Source of the DNA: Macrostomum lignano
Taxonomy: Eukaryota
NCBI GenBank assembly: GCA_002269645.1
Contig: NIVC01000754.1
Span: forward strand, 124,001-188,000
Length of the DNA stretch: 64,000 nucleotides
Reading direction: 5' to 3'
Shown here: one piece after another, positions 13,439 to 25,626 of the stretch
How the letters are laid out: every line of letters starts with the position of its first letter
Numbering within the stretch: position 1 is the first letter of the stretch
Notes under the pieces: model-generated
Databases searched by the model: none
What the model was told of the DNA's origin: nothing
Seen by the model: the letters and a program-made list of their open reading frames with translations, nothing else
Position numbers and translations under genes: made by a program

Positions 13439-15337
13439 TATATTTATTTTATGACAAAAAAGGACAATACGAGATTAAAAATCGTAAATTAAAAAAATAT
13501 GCGATTCGAAGCTATAAAAAGATATAAAAGCTAAAATCTTGTACGATGTAGCAAGTCGCCCAGATCTGGTAAGTTTACCTAAGTATTATTACAGCGAAGA
13601 TCTTGCACGTTCTTGCAAGTTAATTGTTGCGCAGCAACCCAAGAAGATAGACAAGATCTGCTAAGAATCAAGTCAATATCTTTTAGGGCGGTTACCTGCT
13701 ACATGTATTTACACTACCGACGACACTGATAAAAGAAAAAATTCTCAACTCTATTAGTGATACAGCATATTCTCACTCAATTAATCTATATTTAATTGTG
13801 TATAACTAAATACATGCATTAGATTAATCGCCTTTTTTAACCAGTAGTTTTTGCTTAAGTGACTGTACTAGTACATGTACATGTACGAGTCTATAATCTC
13901 CCTTGTAGTCATTTCCATCGACAGTGACTAAGCGACAGCAAAATTTGTAAAATTTGAAGACAATGCATTTCAGAATTTTGAGCAGAGAGCACGTTTCTAA
14001 TGCAAATAATTAATCTAATGCAAACATGCAAGACTGAACAAACACACTACTATATCGATATAGGAAAACAGCCAGAAGACCTTACTTATCCCTAAATCTA
14101 CAAATGTTCAGATAATGCAGCAGTTCTACATGTATGATTTCTGAAAATTTAACATATACATGTACAGGGGCCGCAGCCTAGCGGTCTAGCGCGCAGCGCT
14201 CTTACATGTACATGTATGTGCTAACGACCGACCGTTTTGCTCGTGCAATTGACACCCTGCTCTTGAGGCCAACCCCCAAAGGCACAGCTGAAGTGTACGC
14301 TTGCCTATAGCTATAAATGTCGCTCAAATTGCGCCAGAGTGCACACAGCTTTTAATTTTAATAATAAAGCCTTTAAAGTCTTTAATAAAAAAGTTGCGCA
14401 CCCGCTGGTAAAAATCAAGTCGAAATGACGTCGAACTATCGACGTCGAAATTTTACGTCGAAATGATACAGTTTCATCGACGTCATTTTAGCGTTGAGAA
14501 TTCTAACGAGTTCTAGCTACAATCACGGGTCGCTACAGTACACGGCGTTAGGGCCACAATAAAAATGCGGCAGAGAAAAATCAATGCACAAGATTGATGC
14601 AGAAGATTGATACACAAAATGCACAAGACTGACAGTAAAGAATTAAAATCTTGTAAATTGTTAATATGACAAAATATGTATAAAGTAACTGATGAAATTG
14701 TGCATAATTTTATTGTACATTTTAATGTGATGTATCACTATATTGTAATTTACTATACCGGTAAACACTGAAAAACAATTCTTAAACTACATTTAACGTC
14801 CTACGGGTGTTACGCTCGTACATACACGGTATCTACATGTACTTGCATGCATGTACAAGTACATGTAAGCTACAGGCACGCGTACACCGCCCCCTACCTC
14901 TAGGTCGTCCCACTTTCTATTGGATACATAATTTTGCTATGCGTGGATCAGACTTAAAATCAGCAGCTGAGACCCATGCACCAATGCAAACAAACCCCCA
15001 GATCATGCAAAATCCATATTATCCATTCTAAAAAGATATCTGTGAAAACAGATGTATACAGTAATATGTGTTTAATCGTAGGAAAATGATTCATTAGGTT
15101 TTATTTCATTGCAAATACATATAGTTTATTTTCAAACTTAAAGATTTGACTGACTTAAAGTATTACGCTTTCAGATTTTAACAAATATAAATTTATCTGT
15201 AAACAGTTTAAGAAATTTTTTTTAAAGTTAGTTAATAAAAATTTAGCGTTTACAAAATTTGAATTATAAAGTATTAGTAAAATACTACAAGCTAGTTTTT
15301 GTACATGTATTCACAAATATTTTTTAAATGTTCACTT

Positions 15338-15576
15338 TGTAAGACTTGCACTTTGTCGAGACGTAATTCAAACTCGATTCTGATTTTATATTTCGAGGTG
15401 CCGCGTCACTACTCCCCCTAAGGTACCAACATGGTCTGATGCGAGAGCGCTTTTTAAATTGGGGCGCACTTTCGGAAGTTACAACAAAATACATCATCGA
15501 TAATATACACTAACAATCCTAACCCCCAACTAAACCAAAATGCATCCATTGAAATTCAATGATGAGATTTGCTACA
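15338..15576 (-). repeat. 3' LTR of element A
   Basis: No difference seen by eye from 23326-23564. Confidence 0.95.
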
Positions 15577-16498
15577 TTATCCCCCCCAACGGAAATTGAC
15601 AATGTCCTCATTGGCAAAAAAACTGCATTACACAAGGAGAAAGTTACATGTAGTTTACCTCAATTTTACAGTCACAAAGTGCACGATATATGCATATAAG
15701 TAGTGAGCACATCAGTACTCGGCTTAATGCTACAGATCGGCGAAAGAGGCGAAGCACCGCACTGTGAGCAGCCAAGACGCATCGCAGAAAAAAACGGGCA
15801 ACCAATGCTTCCATAACATTTCGGATGCTTGATTCCCCACAGAAATGCACAATACAGGGTTATAAACACATGAAAACAGCCCAAAGGGGACTTGCGACAT
15901 GCCAACTTGACAGTTGAATACATTGAATTGTTCGATTTCAATGGGACCAGGAACAGCAATCGGCGATTTAAGGGTACAATTGCGATTAAATGAACGAATA
16001 GTTGGATCGATAGGTTATGCCTTAATAAGAAGCAATAAAAGAATTTTTTTTTAAATTATGCGATTATTTTGATATTGAAATATTGAGCGATAAAAGCGAA
16101 AGAAATATTTGCACAGAAGGCATGAAAATAATAAGTAACACTGAAGTATTTCGCGAATGCATTAAAACAGCTGAAATAGAGCAGCACAATTAGATCAATA
16201 ATAAAAACACGACCGTAAATTCCAACAGAATTCTAAAGGGTATGCAGTACAGCGGCACGGCTGCGCCCAACTAGGGCCAAACTGAACAATTACTAATCCC
16301 CACAGTCCACAACCCGCCAAGCATCGACCACCGCCACGCAAAAGAGGACTCAAGACAGATGGGGCAGCCAAAACGCGAACAAAATTGCGATTAAAACTTA
16401 AAACATTGTACATGCTGAACTTCAATTAGAGAAAAATTTTACACTCTGCATTTTTTAAGTCCAAGGAACCTCAGCACAGTCCATATCCTCACACTTTA

Positions 16499-17799
16499 TC
16501 AAATGACGACCCAATCAGCGTCAAGCACTTCACTGCTGTCGTCACTGGCCGCTCCGCTCCGAGGCTGATCCGGGGGCCGTGGCTGATGCGCTCGCTTTAG
16601 TTTGTTGACGTGGACCACCCGGCCAGCATCGCCGTCCTTGTACTCAACGGGGCGGACCAGGTAATTACGATGTACGCCGCAGAACTCGAAACGGTCCGGT
16701 CCACGGTGCCTGATGCTTCGGTGGCAGGCCACTCGTCCGCGACAGGGCCGACGGCGGCACAAAGAGCCACACCAGGTCGCCTGCTCGAAAACGGCGCCGC
16801 GCCACCTTCTGGTCGTAATAGCGCCGCTGCCGTCTTTGTGCCGCTGCTGTCGCCAGCCTCACGGATTCGAAGGCGCTGAGCAGTCGATCTCGGTTGTCCG
16901 CGGCGAATTGTCCTGTAGTTCTCGGTGGCTCCGGCAGTCGGTAGACAATGTCCAGCGGCAAGGTCACCTCTCGGCCCGTCATCAGAAAGTGCGGCGTGAA
17001 ACCGGAGGTTGCGTTGACACTACTGCGGTAAGCAAGGAGACAGTGTGGCAACACCTCCTCCCACTCGTCGAACTGGACGGTCTGAAGGTGGCAGCGGAGC
17101 ATCTGGTGGAGTGTGCGATGGAACCGTTCTACCAGACCGTCACACTGCGGATGGTAACCAGACGTCCGCGTCTTCTGTACGTCGAGCAGTCTGCACAGGC
17201 TCCGGATTATTTTCCCGTCAACGGCCTTGCCACGGTCGGAGTGGAGGATGTGCGGTGCGCCCCACCGTGACACCCAATTGTCAAACAGCGCCCTGGAAAT
17301 TGTTGCTGCTTTCTCATCCGGCATAGGCACCAGCTCCACCCACTTCGTGAAGTAGTCCATGATCGTCAACAGACGATCATTTCCATGCCGAGACACGCCG
17401 ATCTTAACCACATCGATGCCTATGCGCTGCATCGGGAAACTGCTCACTATCGATCGAAGTGGTGCCCGCTGATGGCCGCTGGTTTTGGCGCGCTGGCACA
17501 CCTGGCATGCTCTGACTGCAACTCTGATGCTCTCGGACATTTTCGGCCAGTAACACCTCGACTTGAGACCTGCCAGTGTCTTCGCTTCGCCCAGATGACC
17601 ACCTTCGTGAATCTCATCGATCAGCTGCTGTTGCTGGCAACGCGGGATTACCGGCACGGGCTTCGACTCCACCAGTCTGTGCAGGGCTCCATCAACGAAA
17701 CATAGTTCTTTGATCTTCTGCGCCAGGATCAGGCTCCCTGGTGGTAGTCGGGCTCGTTGCTGGTCGCTGAGTCTTGTCTTGCCTTTGGCGAGAAGACGA
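16499..17799 (-). pseudogene. pol: Integrase part of pol A, with frameshift near 16670
   Basis: HEGGHLG...CQVCQ zinc-binding motif, IGIDV, LHSDRG, GLVERFHRT, GPFRV. The tail RNYLVRP...VVHVNKLK continues in another frame. Confidence 0.9.
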
Positions 17800-19236
17800 T
17801 GTAGAAAAAATACTAAACTACTAGACTACTAGACTAGACTAGACTATACTAGACTAGAGAGTTACTTGGAGTTAAATTGAATCTAAGATAAGCCAGTAAG
17901 TGGGCGCAGGGCCCAAACAAGTATATTTATACCAGACATTAACTTAGGGGGTTTGAATTGCAGATAATAAAGAGAGGGGGTGGAGTGCGCGACTGAGGAA
18001 AGAGGCGAGAACGGAGAGCCAATCAGAACGCAGCAAGGGAGAGAGAGATAAGAATAACAAGATTGAGCTAGACAGAGAGAGAGAAAACGGAGTAAACAGA
18101 GACAATTGAAGGTGAACTAAGAAATGACTAGGAAAGTCGCGACACTCCCCCCAAAAAATGGAACATTTTTTGAATTTTCGAGTACCAATAGAATTATGAA
18201 TTAGAGTTCAAGAAACAACTTTAAAACAAATTTAACAATGGTGTACGAGCTACAAATACGACTAAGAATTTCAATACAAAAACTGTAGAGACTAGAGTGA
18301 ATGCAAAATTGACCAAGAAATTTCACGTGTGCGATTTTAATGAATAAATTGTTACGAGTATAACCAATGAAAAAACTGACTGCATCTACCCTCCCCCCTA
18401 AAAAATTAATTTAATTTTTTACATTGTGAAAGAAAAAATTGAACGACGAATTAACGAGGCGATCCGGCAGGCGATGAGCGAAGAGACGATCCGGCAGGCG
18501 AGCCCTGAGGCGCCCCGGCCGAGAATTTGAACCGAGAGAGACCGAGGACACCGCAGGACGCACCCCCGGCAGACGATGAGTGAAGAGAGTCGAGACGATC
18601 CGGCAGGCGAGCCCAGCGGCGCCCCGGCCGAGAATTTGAAACCGAGAGAGACCGAGGACACCGCAGGACGCACCTCCGGCAGACGATGAGCGAAGAGAGT
18701 CGAGACGATCCGGCAGGTGAGCCCCGCGGCGCCCCGGCCGAGAATTTGAAACCGAGAGAGACCGAGGACACCGCAGGACGCACCCCCGGCAGACGATGAG
18801 CGAAGAGACGATCCGGCAGGCGATGAGCGATGAGATGACTGGTGGAGGGCTGCGACGATGACGATGGCATGGCCTTTGCCAGCCTTACTGAATTGACTTA
18901 ATTATTTTACATTGGGCGCCATGTAGAAAAAATACTAAACTAAAGACTAGAGAGTTACTTGGAGTTAAATTGAATCTAAGATAAGCCAGTAAGTGGGCGC
19001 AGGGCCCAAACAAGTATATTTATACCAGACATTAACTTAGGGGGTTTGAATTGCAGATAATAAAGAGAGGGGTGGAGTGCGCGACTGAGGAAAGAGGCGA
19101 GAACGGAGAGCCAATCAGAACGCAGCAAGGGAGAGAGAGATAAGAATAACAAGATTGAGCTAGACAGAGAGAGAGAAAACGGAGTAAACAGAGACAATTG
19201 AAGGTGAACTAAGAAATGACTAGGAAAGTCGCGACA
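17800..19236 (-). mobile_element. Non-autonomous TRIM-like LTR element B inserted in pol A
   Basis: LTRs 17800-18144 (345 bp) and 18922-19236 (315 bp). 5-bp TSD GACGA. PBS TGGCGCCCAA (tRNA-Lys type). PPT TTTTTTGGGGGGAG. The 777-bp interior is non-coding. Confidence 0.92.
18483..18830. repeat. Three GC-rich tandem units of about 110 bp inside element B
   Basis: GAGACGATCCGGCAGG recurs at 18483, 18592, 18702 and 18805. Confidence 0.9.
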
Positions 19237-21880
19237 GACGAAATACTGGTCCGATGTCAGCGTCTTTGAGCTGCCGCTCACGCAGCGTCAGAGACTCGTT
19301 CGACTGCATTGCTCTCGCCTGGCCGGTCTCATCGTCGCCATCATCATCCTGGTCATCACTATCGCTGAACTCCTCGCTTTCGCTTGGCCTCGGCTGCAGC
19401 TGCTGCTTCCGTCTAGATGGAGCGCGGCCAGCAGTCCTAGGGTCGTTCTGAGGGTCGGCTGCTGAAGGCGCAGGGTCTGTCGTCGCCACGTTGACCAGCG
19501 CGAGTTTAGTACCACCAGCTTCCACTTGACAGGGTGTTGATGCCGTTTGCACTGGTGTTTCAGCGAATTTTTCTGCTTGGTAAGCTACGTTCGCAGCCGG
19601 CCTCACTGTCTCCGCAATTGGCTCCGTTTGACAAGCTACCGTAGCTGACAGCTTCCGTACTTCAGCTGCCGATTCTGGCCGACAAACCCGGCACTGGCTC
19701 GTACATTTCGATGTCCGGCGTGAAAGTGCATCGGCATTCGAGTGCTGACGTCCAGGACGGAACACTATCTCGAAGTCAAACTCGTCGAGGATTTGCAACC
19801 ATCTCGCTAATTGACCCTCCGGTTCCTTGAAGTTCAGCAGGTACGTCAGGGCTTGATGATCGACTCTGATCGTGAATGGCCGTGTCAGCAGATAACTTCG
19901 AAATTTCTTTACAAATTCGACAACTGCCAGTAGCTCGCGCCGTGTCACGCAGTAATTGCGTTCAGCCCGAGACAGCGTGCGACTTGCATACGCCACGACT
20001 CGCTCTTCACCAGCCTGAATTTGCGACAAAACAGCACCAACTGCGCAATCACTGGCGTCGGTGTCCAAGATGTACGCACCGCCAGTGTCGCTGGTGTCCG
20101 GAAAGGCCAGGATCGGCGCGGATGTAAGCACTTGCTTCAACTGGTTGAAGGCCACTTCGGCGGCTGGTGTCCATTCAAAGCCGGTTGTCAGAGTCAGTCG
20201 CCTTAGCGGTTCTGCAATCTTGGCGTAGTCGCGAACAAATCTCCTGTAGTACGATGTCATGCCCAGGAAACTTTTGACGTCCTTTGGCGAGTGCGGTGTT
20301 GGCCAGTCGCGCACTGCTGCTGTCTTCGACTCGTCGACTGCAATGCCAGTCCTGGAGACTCGGTGACCCAGAACGATGATGCTGGAATTGGCGAAACGAC
20401 ATTTGGACGGCTTGAGACGCAAGTTGGCTTCGCGAAGACGCTCTAGCACCGCTCTTAGCCGATTGTTGTGTTCGGCCATCGTCCGGCCCATGACGATAAC
20501 ATCATCTATGAAGACAAGGCACGCTTGCCACGTGAGTCCCCGGAGCACTAATTGCATCAAGCGCTGGAATGTAGCCGGTGCATTGCGGAGGCCGAATGGC
20601 ATAACGTTGAACTCAAAAATGCCTTCGTGGCAGACGAATGCCGTTTTTTCTTTGTCTTTCTCATTCATTTCAACTTGCCAATATCCGCTTTCCAGGTCGA
20701 GTGCGGAGAAAAAACTGTTGCCCTCCAGCGCATCCAGCGTGTCGTCAACGCGAGGCATTGGAAATGCATCGGGCTTGGTTACCGAGTTGAGCTGCCGGTA
20801 GTCGAGACAAAAACGTGCCGACCCGTCTTTTTTTCGAACCAGGACAATCGGCGACGCCCACGGTGAAGATGATGGCTGAATGACACCTCTGCTCAGCATG
20901 TCTTCGACCAGCTCTCTTTGCTGCGCAATTGCCGTAGGAGCTGCACGGCGTAGACCTTGCCGGATCGGTCTCGCATCACCGGTGTCGATGGTATGGCTCA
21001 GCAGACGGGTGCAGCCCTGGTTGCCAGGTGATGCGAACACGTCGTTGAATTCCAAAAGGAGGTCTCTGATCTGCTGCTGTTCACTCGCTGAAATTTCGTC
21101 GGCAATGTGCACTTCTCGAAGCCATGGTGCATTGCCATCTATTGAGGTTGTCGCTGTTGCCATGCTGGTAGACTGGAGCTGCGTCCCGCCTTGACTGCTG
21201 AGTGGCGTGAACCATCCGATGGTGTCGCCTTCTCTGACAGCCACCGGTGCATCGCTAGCGTTGATGATCGCGACGCCCATGCCATTGTTCGATATTTTGG
21301 CTACACAGCGAGCAATCAAGACCTTCGATGACCTGCTACCGTTGACGATGCCGGGTGCCTCCGAACTTGTCCATGCGGTCACGTGTAACGGTCGGACTGG
21401 AACGGTCCAACCTTCACCAGGCTGTAACTGAACTGCTGCTGCCGCCACCAGTTTGCTTGACTGCGCTGCCTGCTTCGACTTCCGCAGCGGCACTGTTGCT
21501 CCAAGGCCATTGAAAACGAGACATCCCGAACCGAGATGAATTGAGCAGTCTTGCTTGTCAAGAAAGTCGCATCCCAGAATTATAGGTACATTTAATTCTG
21601 TCACCACCAGAAAGGTGTGTTGAAACTGGACGGATCCGAGAGAGAAGTACAAATGAATCTCACCCAGCACGCTCGCCGGATTGCCACTCACGCCATAGAT
21701 GGTAGTTTTGCTGGGTTTGAACTGCCGCCTGATTGATCGCGCGATGTTGAGACTGATACAGGAAACTTCGGCACCTGTGTCGATCAAGCAGGGCCGACGA
21801 CGTCTGCAGATGCGCGCGGTGACGAAACGCGCTTGACTGGGCTGGCAGCTGGGGCGTGAGGGCGGGGCCGATTTGCTCAG
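19237..21880 (-). pseudogene. pol: pol A protease-RT-RNase H, interrupted by element B
   Basis: LIDTGA protease, RFCLDYR, MPFGLRNAPATFQR, FIDDVIV, LDTDASD, NADALSR. Confidence 0.95.
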
Positions 21881-23280
21881 TGCCGAGAGGGCCGGTACTG
21901 GCCCTGTGGACCAGCCCCCCTGGCGTTTGGGCAGTTCCTTCGAATGTGACCTGGCAGATTGCAGCTGTAACACACTGGCATTGGTCGTTGCGACGGATGA
22001 TGGCCAGCTTGAGCTTGGGCCTGTTGCTGAAGTGGTCTTGGGGTCGCATGCGGCTGTCGATTCAGTGGCTTCCACGATGTCGTTGGGTCACTCTGGTGCT
22101 CACCCCCAGGTCGTTGCCCATGCATTGGCAGAGCTGCTGATCCCACCACGGGTGCCGACGTCGCCGTGCCGCGTTGATGCTGCTGATTTTTTCCTTGGCC
22201 TTCTAGGAATTGCTGAGTCTCGCGGATCTGCTGAGCCCATCGGAGCGCTTGCTCTGTTGTTGTCACTGGCATTGGCATATTAAGAAGACGCTCTGTCACA
22301 TAGCTGTTGTTTAGGCCCTGGATAAACTGGTCCAAGACAGCTTGTTGAAGGAACTCGTGAGCACCTGCATCAGGAAATGCTTTGACAGCCAGGCGTTGCA
22401 ATGCAGTGAGAAACTGTTCGAAGGTCTCATCTTTTCCTCGGCATCGACTTCGAAGCTCAAGCCGAAGCAAGGCTGTACTCTTTGCTCCTCCGTGGCGCGC
22501 TCGCAGAAACTGTAGCAGTGAGTCATACCGTGCTCCAGGAAGGTGCTCCAGGTTTGAACCAACTGGCAACCCATGCAGGACGCACTGCTGGTCGAACCAA
22601 GCTGCGTACGTGGCAAACGCGGGCCCTAGATAAGCAATTAAAGTTGCAATTTTGCCGTGCTCACTCAATCCTGGGAACCGACTCATGAATGCTGACATGC
22701 GGCTTAGGAAGTCGTCAAAATTCTCTCGGCTATTGAATGGTGCAGGCTTGGGCACTGGTGGTAAGGGAGGCTGACTGAATTGATGCTGCACTGGGGCATG
22801 CACTGCCTCTGCATAGGTTGGTGTCAGTCGAGCCCCTGGTGTTGGTGCTGCCTGTTGTCCATGGTACAGGTGAGGCATACCTGTGCACGGCCTGGTGTTA
22901 TTGCTGTTGGTTGCTCCTCCTTGCATCGGGAATGCTGTCGTAGGTTGAGGTTGCCTCTCTGACTGTAGTGGATCTGGCGAGCTTGCAGCTTCACACTGTT
23001 GTTGCACTTGCACTCGGTGCTCGGCATAATCAGCAGAAGCTAAATAATCATGGCACCTGTGTCTGTGTCTCCTTACTGGGCATGTCTCAGCACTGTTGAT
23101 CGCATCGTCGAGCGTTTCAATTGTGTCAGATTCATGGAGATCGTGGTAACTCTGTTTTCCTCGGTCCTGCTCTGGATGACTGGCTGCTGCAGCTGCCGCT
23201 GCGGCACCGTGTATGGCTGTAGTAGGTATAGGCCTTAGTACATCTCGGCCACGAAGTTGCAGAAAGTCTTGCCTCTACAT
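21877..23280 (-). pseudogene. gag: gag A (CCHC knuckle), nonsense codon at position 2
   Basis: The frame of ORF 21877-23013 stays open to ATG-TAG at 23280-23275 (M*RQDFLQLRGRDV). CYSCNLPGHIRRNC near the C-terminus. Confidence 0.85.
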
Positions 23281-23325
23281 GCTCAATCTCGCTCCAAGGA
23301 CTTCGGTCCTGGCGTGGTCGCCAAA

Positions 23326-23564
23326 TGTAAGACTTGCACTTTGTCGAGACGTAATTCAAACTCGATTCTGATTTTATATTTCGAGGTGCCGCGTCACTAC
23401 TCCCCCTAAGGTACCAACATGGTCTGATGCGAGAGCGCTTTTTAAATTGGGGCGCACTTTCGGAAGTTACAACAAAATACATCATCGATAATATACACTA
23501 ACAATCCTAACCCCCAACTAAACCAAAATGCATCCATTGAAATTCAATGATGAGATTTGCTACA
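23326..23564 (-). repeat. 5' LTR of element A
   Basis: Matches 15338-15576. PBS adjacent. Confidence 0.95.
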
Positions 23565-25626
23565 ACTTGACAGTATCGGTCACACTAAACGGCAATGGGC
23601 AATGAGTAGGAGTTCAAGGTTCGAGCGAGCGAGCTAGTTAGTATAGTTAGTAAGTAAGTACCTAGTAAATGAGAAAATGATGTCTTCAAAAAATTCCTAA
23701 AAATGTCGCTTTTAGCCAAAGACACTATTATTTTAGACATTGATCATGTCAATTCTCCGATAAACCTACTAGATATGCCTTAGGGGATGCATGCAGGCAA
23801 ATTCAGCAACAAACAAGAAACAACTTCGGCGACAGCAATTAAATGAACAAATTCGGCGATCTTTTACTTTCGCATTCGCACGTTATTATTATTTTATTTG
23901 AAAATTTTAGATTCTGTTCAGTTTAACAATGAATATCATAACGAATTCAAATTAGGCCTATTCAATGGAAATTGGAAAGACTGATCAGTTTCAAGTTTCA
24001 ACAGCAACATATAGATTATTAGGCGCCTAACTGCTAACTTGTGAAACTGGTGAATCACTGAATGTGAATGGGTAGTCCTAAAAAGCAACCTAAAAAAGAA
24101 ACAATGGGTGATTCTCATCGAGAGGTTTCGGAGGTTTTGAGGTTTTTCAGAGGTTTCATTTTGAACAAATATTTTTGCACAAAATTTTTAATACTGTACA
24201 AAAATTAAAATCTTATTAAAATTTACTAATGAATACAAATTTTCCTTAGAAAATAGCTCGGAGGTTTTGGATTCTTTTTAATTTTGCTTCTGATAGGCAC
24301 GCGCGGAAATTATTTAACTTAGGCAACTATTTTTATGCTTAAGAAAGTGGTTTTTAAAAACACTACACGCAACACAACACACTGGTAATGTCATCGTTGC
24401 CATTGGCATTTACATTTAAGGTGGAAAAAAATATTCGACTTGAAGGCGCTGCTTGAAATATACTGAAAACATATAGACAGCTGTTTCATCCGTTTCCTGT
24501 TTTTACTTGAGTGCTGCATACCATTTTGCATTCGAATTATGTAATGACATTGACGACCTGCATGCATACTGCCTCAGTGAAGTAAATAGAAGAATTATTC
24601 TTGTCTCAATGTTTTTTTAAAAAAAATATCTGAGGGCCTAGAATTACAAGTATGCATTTTAATTTATATTACTTACAGCTGTACTAGTGCTATGCCTTTA
24701 TCATAGTATACTCGAATGTTCTTTCAATGTAATAACTGTATATTCGAATCTTTCTTAGAAACTGAATCTACGCGAACGCCAAATAATAGTTTGTTTTAAT
24801 GCGCGAAATAAATTGGAGAATTATTTTTTTGTTTTAATCGTATGTGGGGAAAATCACTATATATAGGAGCGGTTTCGCGACAAATATACTCTAACTGTCT
24901 TTTACTCGTGAGCAAATAATTGCGAACAGAATAAGCAGTTCAATCTAAACCATTTCAAAGTCTTTGAGCTAAATAGCGACTTATTTATTTGCAAAACCTG
25001 TGAAACGATTCTAAGAAATTTGCTAAGAGAAGGGAATTGGGACTAATTCTTGGAGATATACCAAGAGAGGCGCCGTGACCCTCTAGTCTCGGTGAACGCC
25101 CGATTAGGACTATACACTAATACATATACCAGTACTAGACCGCTCAGGCCATAAGCTACTATAACGCTACCAGAAAGCAAGCCATAAGCTACCAGAAACG
25201 CTACTAAGAACGCTACCCAGAAATATTTAAATGAAATTCTAAGAAATAGTTAGGGAGTAAAAGCAAGTATAATCAGGATAACTGTAGTTGGCAAATCGGT
25301 GGGATTAAAATTGATAAAGTAAGAGGTGAAAGGCCTGTAACAACTTTGGTGGCAGCTCGTAGGATATTTAATAAACACTAATAGTTAGAAGTTTAGAAAG
25401 ACAGAGCCAAAAGGCCTGTCACAGCTGGTGGCAGCGGTGGGATTATTTCAGTGAGAGCGCCCACCCCTACGACAACTTGGTGGCAATAGTGGGATATTAT
25501 TAAGAAGGAAGTAAGCACTGTCACAGCTGGTGGCAGCGATAAGGATTAGAGAAACGGCGCGAACTCTCAAAACTAGATTCAGAAGAATTCCGAAGAATAA
25601 TTTGAAAAGTTTTTCGTAGAGAGAAG

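Larger units (their letters stand above)
15338..23564 (-). mobile_element. Ty3/gypsy LTR retrotransposon A
   Basis: Two 239-bp TG..CA LTRs (15338-15576, 23326-23564). TSD ACTT. PBS TGGCGACCACG (tRNA-Arg-like) at 23323 downward. PPT next to 15577. Order gag-PR-RT-RH-IN. Confidence 0.97.

Noticed and set aside
14165-14200. tRNA-like 5' fragment GGGGCCGCAGCCTAGCGGTCTAGCGCGC
   Set aside because: Only an A-box-like stretch with no B box; too short to call.
15577-16498. Possible extra ORF in the 3' region of element A
   Set aside because: Only short Cys-rich frames under 100 aa without a coherent start or hydrophobic pattern; treated as UTR.
16610-22962. Many antisense and alternate-frame ORFs over gypsy A (likewise over C and the synaptotagmin-like gene)
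   Set aside because: Shadow ORFs of GC-rich coding sequence, with no independent motifs.
25424-25533. GCTGGTGG Chi sites
   Set aside because: Incidental overlap with the tRNA-Leu PBS motif; Chi is a bacterial RecBCD signal.
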